Shown one piece after another: positions 24,840 through 37,300 of a stretch of 63,408 bases of DNA. Every line of letters starts with the position of its first letter. Position 1 is the first letter of the stretch. Origin of the DNA: Gekko japonicus (Eukaryota); assembly GCF_001447785.1 (NCBI RefSeq), contig NW_015172050.1, positions 122,447 through 185,854 of the forward strand, in the 5' to 3' direction. The notes under the pieces are model-generated. The model was not told the origin of the DNA. It did no database searches and saw only the letters and a program-made list of their open reading frames with translations. Position numbers and translations under genes: made by a program.

Positions 24840-25929
24840 CACTACACTATACTGGCCCTTGGGTCTGGTGCCATCTGTAGAGGTCCGTGGGTCATGCAGA
24901 AAAAGGAGCATTGGCTCTCCCTCTGTGCAAAAGGGGGTCAGAACACATTACACCGTGACCTACCACACAGGTCCAATCCTGATCATGCCTTTCGCATTCT
25001 TTCTGCCTGACAAACCTCAAGGGAGACCGCACTTCCATCTCATGCTCAGAGAGTGGAGGCAAACACAGGAGCCAGAGAAGTGTTTATTAGAAGAGCTGAT
25101 TCAGAGGACCCAGGCTAGTTATTACACAGGACCAGGAAAGAGGACAGCGACAGTTGTGTGCACGGGCAGAAATCACCCACGGCCGCAAGAGAGCTGGTGA
25201 GCTTCTGAGCATATGCTTGCTTTGGATGCAGAGGGCCTGAAGGTGGGACATCTTTTGGTGCATACATCCACAGATGCAGCAGCAGAGAAAGGAAAAGGAC
25301 ACACCCATGAGGATGAGCAAGAAATGCAGCCAAGGCAGCCCCTTCCCAACAGAGCCAGCGGAAGATTCGATGCGTATCCAGGAGAGACTGAGGGGCCCGT
25401 GCGTTGACTAGACTGTCAATCCCATCATCACCTGGCCCTCCATCTAGGTAGTACTTCTGACCCTCCAGTGAGCTGAGAGAAAATGGCAGCTTCAGAGAGA
25501 AGACAGTAGAGCTTCATTTTGGGTTCGCTCTGTTGTCCCTTGAGGTGGGGAAAGACAGGAAACTGCAAGGAGGTGGACTCTGAGCAGATGAAATGGGCAT
25601 GACTCTTTATGCTGCAGGGGAAAGCAGAGGCTGTTCACAGCACAGCCACCAATGGAACCCTCTCTTCCTCACTGTCCTGGTGGGATTCTCTCTCTTCTTT
25701 CGGACCTGCTTGGCATCGCAGCAAGACAGGGCTTTGTACACCCAGCTGACACCTTCTCTGGCTACAACACTTAGACATGCTGCTCCTTTTCCCCGCCACT
25801 CAGTAGACCATGGAATGATGCGAGCAGCATTGGTAGAGCTTCAGCAGTTGGTTCTGCTTGCTCAGGGCTGCCAGCAACCCTCCAGGATGGTGGTCCCACC
25901 AGGAAGTTAAACTAACAGGGAAGTGGGAC

Positions 25930-25973
25930 NNNNNNNNNNNNNNNNNNNNNNNNNNNNNNNNNNNNNNNNNNNN
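25930..25973. other. Assembly gap (44 N)
   Basis: Run of n. Confidence 1.
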
Positions 25974-27074
25974 TGTACTCCTTTCAGCTGGAAGCAATGG
26001 ACTGGATCCGACCAGGCCTAGAGCTACAGTGGGGCATTTGGGGGTCCTGCCCCCTTAATTAAAAGCCTTGCCCCCCACACACAAATAGCCATGCCAGAAA
26101 CCTTATTCCCGAGGACAGACCCCTGCACTGAGAGCACCACGGCTTCCCCCTCCCTCCCACTGTAGAATTGGGGGGAGGGATTATGAGACCTAGGAAGAGA
26201 CAGCTCAGAGGGCACTTAAATGCCTTCTGAATTCCCTTCCACAGGTCAAGAAAGCTTAGGAGAACACTCAAGAGTAGCACCTTCAGTACATCTCCAACAA
26301 ATCCCCCTTTCTGCTAGGCCAGTCCTGCTGTAGACCACCTAGGTCATGGTGAGCCTTTCAAAAGCATTCCCATGAGCCTTTGGGAAACATGCAAATTAAT
26401 TTCCCTTCTGAAGGCAATTAAATGCCCTCTGAGCTCTTTTTCCCTCGCTGCCCTGTCCCTTGAAAGGAAGGGCTAGAAACGGGCTCGGAGCCTCTCCCTC
26501 TAAAGATTAATTTAATTAACTGAACTATAACTGCCCCCTTAAAAATTTAAATGCCCCCCCAAACAAAAAAAATCCTGGCTACGGGCCTGGATCCAACCAG
26601 CTTTTCCACTAGTGACAGTGGGACAAGGAGACCACTGAAAAAGTGGGACAAAGAGCCACATGAAGTAAGGAAGGGGAATGAGGACAGACGGAGCAGAAAA
26701 ACTGGTAGGATCCAACGCACAGGCTTCTCCGTAGCCGGGCACCAGCAAAGGTGAGTTCACGCGTGCTCACCACTAAACCAGTGCATCGTCAGACGATGAC
26801 CGGCACAAGAGAGCAACCTCAGAGCTGACAGAACTTTGATATCTCCCGATGGCATACCGGGCTGGATCCTGCAGGCCCACTGCACCAACTTGGGTGCTTT
26901 CCCTTGGGCACGTGGAGCCCTTGCCTGATGGAAGAAACCCGGAAGAGGGAAGGATCCTAGTGCTGGGGGGAACAGATCCACGGGATCCAACCCACCTGGA
27001 TGAAGACTGTTCAGGTTCACAGCTCGGATTTTCATCGCAAAACAGGTGCGTGCGAGATCGTCCCTTGGAAAGAT

Positions 27075-27454
27075 CGGGGGTCGTTTCGTAGAAAAAGAGC
27101 TAGGGGAACTCATTAGCATAACTCATTAGCATATGCCACACCCCCTGACATCACCGAAAGTGTCATAAGGCCACACCCCCTTACATCACCGGAAGTGTGT
27201 CATAAGGCCACACACCCCGCCCCCAACGGTCCCGGCCGCCACCGCTGGCCATGCAGCTCCACTGCCGAGTTCAGGCAGGCAGGGGTGGGGAGAGGCGGGG
27301 AGGAAGCAACTTACCCTCCCTCTTCTCCTGCCTCCTCCTGGCTGAATGAGGGCCGGAAGCGGGGTGGCCGGAAGCAGGGGGCGGGGCTTCGTCATGTGCC
27401 CCGCCCCCCATACCTCACCCAGGGGAACTGCGATCCCCCCTGAAATGACCTCTG
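27075..27454 (+). mobile_element. hAT MITE (CAGGGGTCATTT family)
   Basis: Degenerate TIRs; TSD ggaaagat/ggaaagac. Confidence 0.8.
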
Positions 27455-27634
27455 GGAAAGACCATCATGACATGCCCACTCTCCTCTCTCTAACACCGCC
27501 TTATTCTTACAAAACCCAAGGCTGATTCAGATATTATTTTCCACCCAGGATTGGGCCCTAGGAGAGAGGGGGCATGGGCCATCACCTCTCTACTCGCGCT
27601 CTTCTCTCCGAGGGGAGAAGTAACTCACTAGACT

Positions 27635-27845
27635 GCAAATTTCAAGTCCAGTGGCACCTTTAAGACCAACAAAGCTTTATTCAACACATGAACTTTCATG
27701 TGCAAGCACACTTCTTCAGATACAGTGTACGTGCACATGAAAGCTTATACCTAGAATTAAAGATTGTTGGTCTTAAAGGTGCCCCCAGGCTCAAGCTTTG
27801 TTCCGCTGCTTCAGAACAACACGGCTACCCACCTGGATCTATCAC
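27635..27845. mobile_element. Inverted pair of Penelope-like ends; near-intact minimal hammerhead on minus strand at 27686-27723
   Basis: Minus strand GTAT-CTGAAGA-A-GTGTG(CTTG)CACAT-GAAA-GTTC-ATGT. Confidence 0.75.
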
Positions 27846-28689
27846 TAGACCGCAGCGACTGCATTTATTAGGGATATCCCAATTCTGTCGATTAATCCTT
27901 CAGAGAGACTTGATTCTTGGCAGGGCCGAGGGAATATCTCCCATTCAAAGAAACAAAAAAATCATCTTTTGGTCATCAGTTTCTCCTTGTATCCAGGAAG
28001 CCAGATGAGGGACACGTCCTGATCCTGGCTCCACCCTGGGAAGGAAACGCCACCTAAGGCGATGACTTCATAGCCCGTGAATGAGTTCATGGCAGAGTGA
28101 CAGATTGAAACAAGAAGCAGAGTCCCAGATCCAGGGGCATACGCTCTTGCAGCAGCCTCTGACTTTGCCAGTTTTTCATTTAAGGCTCTTCAAAACTTGG
28201 GGTGCTGTTAAATGCCAAAAGCACTATTGAGCTGGCAACATATCTGGCCTCAGTGGAAGCAAATAGTTTTAGAAGGGCATTTACTCTAACAATATGTTCC
28301 GCTCTCCCTTCTGTGGTTACTGAGGGCAGGTATAATAAAATCCCCTGCCCAGAAAGGTTATTATCTTGCTCCCTAGGGGAGGTTGAGCCTGTAGAGCACA
28401 TGTTTTTTAGCTGCCCACTCTGCAGGGAGGTATGTCTTGGAATTATTTCTCCATGACCTGAGATGATCCCTGGCCATATAAACCCAGCTAAAGCAAGGCT
28501 TCACTAGTTTTTATCTGACACTAATTCTAAGATCACATGGCAGGTTGCTAAATTTTGTGTCTTAATTTTCAAGTTACGGGAATTGCACTTTAAAAGCTCT
28601 TAATTTTGAATTTTTAAGTACTGTATTTTATGTCTTGACTAAACTGTATGCTGGTCTAAAGACAATAATAAACAACAACTACTACTACT

Positions 28690-29487
28690 ACTACAGCGGG
28701 TGCAGAGGAGAGCCACGAGGATGACCGGGGGGCCTGGAGACCAAGCCCTAGGAGGAAAGGCTGAGGGGACTTGGGAATGTTCAGTCTGGAGAAGAGGAGG
28801 GGGAGGGGGGACAGAATGGCTCTCTGGAAGCATTTGGAGGGCTGTCGCTTGGAGGAGGGCAGGGCAGGGAGCTGTTCCTGTGGGCAGCAGAGGACGGGAC
28901 TTGCAAGAATGGGTTTAGAATCAGGGCTATTTTGGGGCAGGAACGCACAGGAACGCAGTTCCGGCTGGCTTCAGAGTTGGCCACACCCACTACAGCCAAA
29001 ACCTCTGTGTGCGTGCCTACAGAGGGAAGGCCTGGAGAGCGACCCCCCCAGCGACTCTGAGGCGGGAGGGCCATTTAAATGCCTCTCCCAGCCTGTCCAA
29101 GGGCTGGCTTGTCCGGGCTTCCCGCAGCCGCGGGGCGCCCAGGCAAGCCAAGGGAAGGCATGTGGTGTGGCCTAATATGTGCTGTCAGGGGTGTGGCCTA
29201 TTATGCTAATGAGTTCCTGCTGGGCTTCTTCAACAAAAAAAAGCCCTGTTTAAAATTAAGGGCGGGGAGGTACCGCCTGGATATTTGGGAAAACGTTCTA
29301 CAGTAAAAGTTGTGCGACAGTGGAATCAGCTGCCTAGGGAAGTGGTGAGCTCCCCCTCTCTGGCAGTCTTCAAGCAGCAGCTGGACAAACACTTGTCAGG
29401 GATGTTCAATCTCGGCTGATCCTGCCTTGAGCAGGGGGTTGGGCTAGATGGCCCCTGTATGGCCCCTTCCAACTCTGTGATTCTATG
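28690..29487 (+). mobile_element. CR1 3' fragment interrupted by a hAT MITE (28922-29248)
   Basis: LGMFSLEKRR..., (ATTCTATG)-type tail; MITE TSD tttagaat/tttaaaat. Confidence 0.85.
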
Positions 29488-31358
29488 ACATCTAAGGCTT
29501 GGTCTACCTGCTGGAACACAATCAAGGTGCACAGCCAAATGGGGGGGGGGATCTCCAGAGACCTGTTCCATCCCATCTCAGCCTCCTCTTTGATGAGGTC
29601 TTCCCCGAGAAGAACAGTTATCAGGGAGTGACCCTCACATATCCCGGCGACCCTGTCCCAATAACCCTCTTTAGGAGCTGACGAGAACAACCCCAGACCC
29701 TTTTCTCCTGGCGTTCGTAGCACCAGACGCTGCCACACAAACAGCGAGAAAAGGCTGTGGGGCCGGGCTCTGTGTTTGCACGCCGAGGACGGGGGGGGGG
29801 GGCTCTCCAATCTGTCAACTTGGCACCCTTTCCACTAGTCACATCTCAGAGAGATGCTTTGGACTGAGCGCTGTCGGGCTCGGCACCCTCCCATAACTGT
29901 CTCCCGGATAAGGTGGTGGTGGAGGAGGAGGAGATGGGATTTATACCCCGCCCTTCACTACCCAAAGGAGTCTCAGAGCGGCTTACAAACTCCTTTCCCT
30001 TCCCCTCCCCACAACAGACACCCTGTGAGGTGGGTGGGGCTGAGAGAACTCTGACACAATCTGCTCTTTTTCAAGGACAGCTGTGCCAGAGCTTGTGACT
30101 GACCCAAGGTTACATCAGCAGGTGCAAGTGGAGGAGTGGGGGAATCAAACCCGGTTCTCCCAGATTAGAGTCTGCGCACTTAACCACTACACCAAACTGG
30201 TCCGCCCGGTCATCATGGAACACATCGATAAGCTATTTAAGTGTCAGTATCTGAATCTGCTTGCTTTTCTCTTCCCTCTTCCGTCCCCTTTTCCTTTTGT
30301 GTGGTCGTATACTTTATCGTGGGTGTCATAATCGTCCTGAACTGTGGTATGTCAACAGATCATATAAATTAGTTTGGGGAACACAGTACTGGACTCCTCT
30401 TTTTTTGGGGGGCCCTGTCGAGATCCACCTTCCCTCTTGACCCTCTCTGTTACTTTAGCGACGCCCAGGCCGGTAGCCAGGATTTTCTGGCTTGTGGGGC
30501 AAACTTTTTTGGAGGGTGGGGCTTGAATTTTACAGTTTTTTAAAAAAATAAATCCAGCTCCCAACAATCTCCTCACCTCACCTCTCCTTGGCTGTAATTT
30601 CACTCCCCAGCAGGCAAATACTGTGGACCAGTGTTCCCTCTAAGCTGAGTGTGAGCTAGCTCACAGTTTTTTAGCCTCCGGCTCACACATTTTTGTCTCA
30701 GATCAGGGAGGAGGGCTCCAGAGCAAACTAATGTATGCAGCAGCCCAATCGCTCGCTCACAACTTTAATGCCAGCAGCTCACAAAGTAGAATTTTTGATC
30801 ACAAGACTCCACAGCTTAGAGGGAACGTTGTTGTGGACTCCTTCCCAGCAAGCAAGCCCCTTCCTGAGGCAACCCACACGGGATCATGGCCATGAGAGCG
30901 CCTGGGAGACAGTCTCCTTCAGATCAAGGGGCCTGTCTTGTGCTGCCTTGTGGGGCTGTTGCTTTAAGGAAGGGGGCAAAGCCCCAAGTAGCCCCGCCGT
31001 AGCTACGGGCCAGGCTCACCGCCAATGGAAGCTCTCCACCCCACTGAAATCTTCCAGTCCCCTCACAAGAGGCAGGGACAGCAATGGCCTACCTCGCCAA
31101 CCAATCCCCCCCAGTGACTATCCTGACAGGAACCCGCTCTCAGCGTCTCCTCCACACCGTCCAACGCCATCCTCCCAGCTGAACAGACCCTGTCAGGGGC
31201 TGCGGTGAAAGGGTCTTGGGAGGGAAACGAGTGTGCAGAGTCACCTGTGGAGGGAAAAGCAGAGGATCAAGCCAGAATGAGAGCGTCTGGGGGGTGGAAT
31301 GTGTGGATGAGGGAAAGGAGGGAGGGAAGCTGCAGAGGGGAGGGGAGGGGCCCGAGTC

Positions 31359-31375
31359 TCAGGTGAAAAAGTAGA
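31359..31375 (-). CDS. VAMP1-like paralog exon 5 (VYFFT*)
   Basis: ccgcag|TC TAC TTT TTC ACC TGA. Confidence 0.9.
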
Positions 31376-34300
31376 CTGCGGGCCGAAGCAACAAAAGGAA
31401 GAAAAAGAGAAAACGAGAGGTTACGAGAAGAGAGATCACTGCTGGGAAGCCCTCCTGCCCTGCCAGGCCTGTCTGTCCATCACTCAGCAGGCCAAACCCC
31501 CCAAGCCCCAAGGTCTGCCCATCCCTGCCACCGTAACTCACAGATGCTGCCACTGACTCACAGACGGATGGCACTCTTTATCCAGGCCTTACAACTCAGG
31601 GACCTGGCGATCCTAATTCCCCATGGTAAAAAGGTAAAGGTAAAGGTTTCCCTTGCTCGAAAGCCAGTCGAGTCCGCCTCTAGGGTTGCGGTGCTCATCT
31701 CCGTTTCAAAGCCGAAGAGCCAGCGCTGTCTGAAGACGTTTCCGTGGTCATGTGCCGGCATGACTAAACACCAAGGTGCACGGAACGCTGTTCCCTTCCT
31801 GCCGAAGTGGTACCTATTTATCTACTTGCAATTTCTTGCTTTCGAATTGCTAAGTTGGCAGGAGCTGGAACTAGAGACGGGAGCTCACTCCGTCATGCGG
31901 CACACTCGGGTCTTGAACTGCTGAACTACCGACCTTCCACAGCCTGCAGTTCAGCGTCTTAACCACTTGAGCCACCGCAGCCCCACAGTACTTACCTCCA
32001 ATTGCAATGGCCACGATACTACAGATCAATGCCAAAATAATCATCATCTGGAAAGAGAGAGAGAGAAATGCAGTGCATTAGAGCGTCACGTCTACTACTA
32101 CAGGCCGCCCACAAAAAGCAACATGCCCAGTACCGTTCTCGGGAACTGTCCGTTGCAAGCTCACCTTCATGTTTTGGCACCAGTATTTCCTCGCCAGGGC
32201 GGTCGTGCTGTTTTCAAACACTTTGGAGCTCTCGTGGAGAGCATCTGCTTTGTCATCCAGGACACTGAGCTGTTCATCTCGCTTTATGACTTTCTCCATG
32301 TTGTCACACAAGATGCCCACCACCTGAGAGGGGGGGGGAAGAGGAGAGGAAGGAGCCCCCCTCATTAACGGGCAGAGAAACAGGTGCCATTCCGAGGCCG
32401 TTCCGAAGAAGCTGGGATATCACGGACTCACTTGGTTCACTTCAGCTTGAGTCTGCTGCACGCGGCGGTTGCTGGTCAGGTTTTCTGGCTGTTGGGGGGG
32501 ACCTCCAGAAGACTCTCCCCCATCTGGTCCTGCCCCAAGATCAGGTGGCTGTGCTGGCTCAGACCTACAAAGGTCACAAGGCAAGTACAAAAAGAAAGTT
32601 TGGGTATCCGTTACCAATAGAGACCCAGTTTGATGTAGTGGTTAAGAGTGGCGGACTCTAATCTGGGAGAACTGGGTTTGATTCCCCTCTCCTCCACATA
32701 TACCTGCTGGGTGACCTTGAGCAAGCCACAGTTCCCTCAGGAGCTGTTCTCTCAAGAGCAGTTCTCAAGAGAACTCTCTCAGCCCCACTTACGTCACAGG
32801 CAATGCTCCCTCTAAGCTGTGGAGTCTTATGAGCAAAAATTCTACTTGGTGAGCTAGTGGCATTAACGTTGTGAGCGAGTGATTTGGCTGCTGCATGAAT
32901 TAGTTTGCTCCGGAGCCATCCTTCCTGAGCTAAGACAAAAACGTGTGAGCCAGAGGCTACAAAACTGTGGGCTAGCTCGCACTAACTCAGCTTAGAGGGA
33001 ACACTGCTCACATGGTGTCAGTTGTGGGGAGAGGAAGGGAAAGGAGATTGTAAGCTGCTCTGAGATTCCGAGTGAAGGCCGGGGTATCAATCCAATCTCT
33101 TCTTCAATAATCACCCCCACAAGTCACACAGATGCGAGCAACCAAGCAGTCCCCGTTCATAACAACAGTCTGGGACCAGCGTACCTCTGGAACTCCCTCA
33201 CCTGGTACACCCCTCAAAGAGTGTTACGCTCAAGTAATAAAAACCTGCTGGTGATCCCCGGTCCTGAGAGCGTCCAGCTGTCCTCAACCAGAGACGGGAC
33301 TTTATTTTTGCCCTGCCTCCAACTTGGTGGAACGCTCTTCATCAGGGCCCTGCAGGACTTAATACAATTCTGCAAGTCTTGTAAAACAGAGTTGTTCCGC
33401 CAGGCATACAGCTGAGGAGAGCAGCGGCTATTTCCGTCAGGATTTGGCCTCCTCTCTCCCTCCTGCTCCCCTCCCCCCCTCCTTCTTATCAGGCAGTTTT
33501 AGTTCTTTAGATATTTACTCCCTCTTGAGAGTTTACGTCACCAATTGATTTTTGATTATATCTGATTGCATTTTATTGTATCTATTACACTTAAATTACG
33601 AATGTTTTAAACTGTATTTTATGCAGGGGTCATTTCATAGAGAAAGAAGTGCAGGAGCTCATTAGCATAACTCATTACCATAACTTATTTGCATATGCCA
33701 CACACCCTGACATCACCGGAAGTGTGTCAGACAGCAACACCCACCGCTCAGGCTCCACTGGACTGTTTTGGATTGCTAGCTATTGGGGGGGGGGGGAACA
33801 TGCAGATCTGTCCACGCTGTCAGGTTCCACAGCCAACAACTGAGTACACGCTTTCTGGAAAGGTTATACTTTATTGAAGAGCTATAGATGCATTAACAAA
33901 GGCACTGTTAAGAATGGCGTCACTTCTACAAGCATAATGGGATATAGGGTATTTGTATGCATCCCCCCTTCCTTAGGCCAATTAGCCACATTCCCACGCA
34001 CGGGAGAAGGAGCCCCAGGTCGTTAGAGCCGAAGCTGAGAACCGAAAGCGCTCCCACGGTTCCCTAGAATCCCAGACACAACACCCACCTGCAAAGCCAT
34101 AGATAAGCGAGCATTACAGAAGCTGAAAAGGAATGCAGCAGTACTGGCAAGCAAGCACCCCACCCCCAACTCAGCTTGTACCTGAATAAAAGCCGGTCTT
34201 AAAGGTGCCACTGGGCTGTTTTGGGCTGGGTGGCCGGGGGGGGGGGCTCTGCAACTTACCTGGCTGCTTCTTGCTCCTTGTAGCCTGACTGAGGGCTGCT

Positions 34301-37300
34301 GGGAGCAGGGGGTGGGGCTTGTTGCATGTGCCCGCCCCCTGGCCTCCTTACTGCTGGAGCTCCGCTCCTGTGCGCTCCCATAGGAAATGACCCCTGATTT
34401 TATGTATCTCAGATGTTGTCACCCGCCCTGAGCCCAGAGGGCGGGCTATAAGACGTCTAACGTAATAATAAATAAATGAATGTCCCTGGGCGTTTCGATC
34501 ATTCCGCATGGCTTTCTTATGAACTTACTGCCCAATCTTAGGCTAGCCTGACCTTCTCTGATCTTGGAAGCCAATCGGGGTTGGCCCTTGGCTGCTATTT
34601 GGATGGGGGACCACCAGGGCTGTGACGCAGAGGCAGGCAACGGCAAACCGCCCCCGAACACCTCTTGCCTTGACAACCCTGCGAGTTTGCCCTAAGTCGG
34701 CTGTGACTTGGTGGCAACAACAACACAGCCTTGGTTCAAAATCAGTTTGAAAGGAGAAAATAAAAGGGACACATCATTCCCTAAGAGATTTTTAAAAAGA
34801 TAATAAGGCCAAGGCCACTGATACAAGTTAAGTAAAGTGTGTGTAAATTACTACTCAGCTGAAACTTCCCTGCACGTTTCGCCAACGAGCTTCTTCAGGG
34901 GAATCCATAATATAATTTGTTGTTCAGTCGCACAGTCGAGTCCGACTCTTCGCAACCCCATGGACCAGATCACGCCAGGCCCTCCTGTCTTCCGCCATCC
35001 TCTGAAGTTGGCTCAACTTCATGTTCGTTGCATCGATGACACTGTCTAACCATCTCACCCTTTGCCGTCCCCGTCTTCTTTGACCTTCGATCTTTCCCAG
35101 CATCAGGGTCTTCTCCAGTGAGTGCTCCCTTCTCATTTGGTGGCCAAAGTATTTGAGCTTCAGTTTCAGTTCTAAGCCTACCGCTCATTAATTTCATTGA
35201 GTGCCTGTAAGTTCTTCTACTGTGAAAAAGTGAGAAAAGTACTTCTTTCTCTTCCTTCTCTATCCCATGCATAATTTTATAAACTCCTATCATGTCACCT
35301 CTCAGTCGTCATTTCTCCAAGCTCAAGAGCCCTAAGCGCTTTAACCTTTCTTCATACAGAAGGTATTCCATCCCCTTAATCATTTGAGTTGCCCTTTCTG
35401 GCATTTTTTCTAATGCTATCTCTTTTTTGAGGTGCAGTGACCAGAACTGTACACAATATTCCAAATAAGGCCACACCATACATTTATAAATGGGCATTAT
35501 AATACTGGCTGATTTGTTCTGAATCCCGTTCCTAATCATCTCCGGCACAGCATTTGTCTTTTTTTTTTTATCACACGTGTGTTTTTTTTAATCTCAGACA
35601 CATTTTCAGTGAGTTATCAACCACGACTCCTAATTAGTCCTAATTGGTGATTTTAAATTTTGGGGGGTTTTATGTATTTTATGTATTCTATCTACATCGT
35701 AAGCCCCCTTGAGTTTTATAATGTGGCTAATAAACATTATAAATAAATAAGTAAACTCCAGAAGATCTGCCTTGATTCGCAGGAAGATTTGATTTATAAA
35801 GTCAATAAAACAGTTTCTTGCAGTAATAAAATGTGCCAAAGCAAAATCAGTGTTTGTGGTGGCAGAAGTCGCCGTGTTTCACAACCCCCTCAGAGTTTAT
35901 TTCAAACATCTGTCATTAATCATCACTAGCATTTTTGATATTGGGGGGTGTCTCTTTATACCCCTAGTACAGTGATAGCGAACCTTTTAGAGACCAAGTG
36001 CACAGACTGTGACCCAAAACCCACTTATTTATCGCAAAGTGCCAACACGGCCATTTAACCTGAATACTGAGGTTTGACTTTAGAAAAAACAACTCATACA
36101 TTAACTTAAGATGATCCAAACAAAGTAAGGAAAGCAATCCCAAATGCTTTCATTTACTTAAAATTATTTGGCAGAGAATTCAACACTTTAATGATGGTCT
36201 GGGCCTGGCTGGGGCGATGGCACGCGTGCCCACGGAGAGGGCTCTGAGTGCCACCTCTGGCACCCGTGCCATAGGTTCGCCACCACTGCCCTAGTATATC
36301 TCTGTCTGGGGTGAGAGAAATGGTGTCCATCAAAGCTTTTAATGACGATGAGATTTCACTGCAGTACTTCCCTGGATCAGGGTTCGTCAGCAAATACGAA
36401 CAGGTCCTTTCTCATCCCACCGTCTGAGACGGAAAAAAAACTATCCCAGTTGCAAAAAGCCCTGATTTGGATAAGCTAGGCCAGCCTGGTCTCAGAAGCT
36501 AAGCAGGGTCGGCCCTGGTTAGTATTTGGGTGGGAGACCACCAAGGAAGTCCAGGATAGCTACACAGAGGCAGGCACTGGCAAACCACCTCTCAGTGTGC
36601 TTTTGCCTTGAAACTCCCACAGGGTTGCAATAAATCAGCTGGGATTTGACGGCAACAGCACGCAGAAATATCTCAGATTTTCTTCTCCCCTGGGTCTGCT
36701 TTCCGGCTACAGAGAGGGGAAATAACCTACTGACCCCCACTTTGGCGCTATTGTTTTTTGACCACGTTTTTGAGCCTGATGACTCCTGACCCAGAGATTT
36801 TGCTTAGAAGGGGGGAGGGCTCCCTCTCACTTTCGATCCTGCACTGAAACAGTGGGAACCACCCGGCCAGTAGTTATACACCACTTTTAAGCCTCAAGGG
36901 CTGCATGCATACTTTTTAAAAATTACAGAAATTGTACCCCGATTCCCCATCCACAGGGGTTAATACAGCTGGGGGGGGGGGCTCCTTTCCAGTGTAACAA
37001 AAGCAAGGGAGGGAAAAACCTCCCCCCACGCACAACATTCTCCCCCTTGATAAAGCAATCCTGGAGTCCCAGTTTGCAAAAAAAAAAAGTGCTTCAAAGT
37101 AATTTTTGGCCTCCCAGGGAAAGAAGCTGGCTGGATCCTAGCAACAGGCTGCACCTCTGGCTTGGCCCCCAACTAGCCACTTTCCCTGCTGCTGAAGGCT
37201 GGGACCCAGCCAGGACCCTGGGGGTGCATCTCCGCCTGCCCCACTGTGCCACCCTATGGTGGCTGAACCTCAGTGGGCTTTGGCCATAGGGTTGACAACT

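Noticed and set aside
14200-31300. Co-duplicated TAPBPL or a third VAMP copy between the two VAMP genes
   Set aside because: No TAPBPL-like or SNARE-like exons found; the 44-N gap could hide sequence
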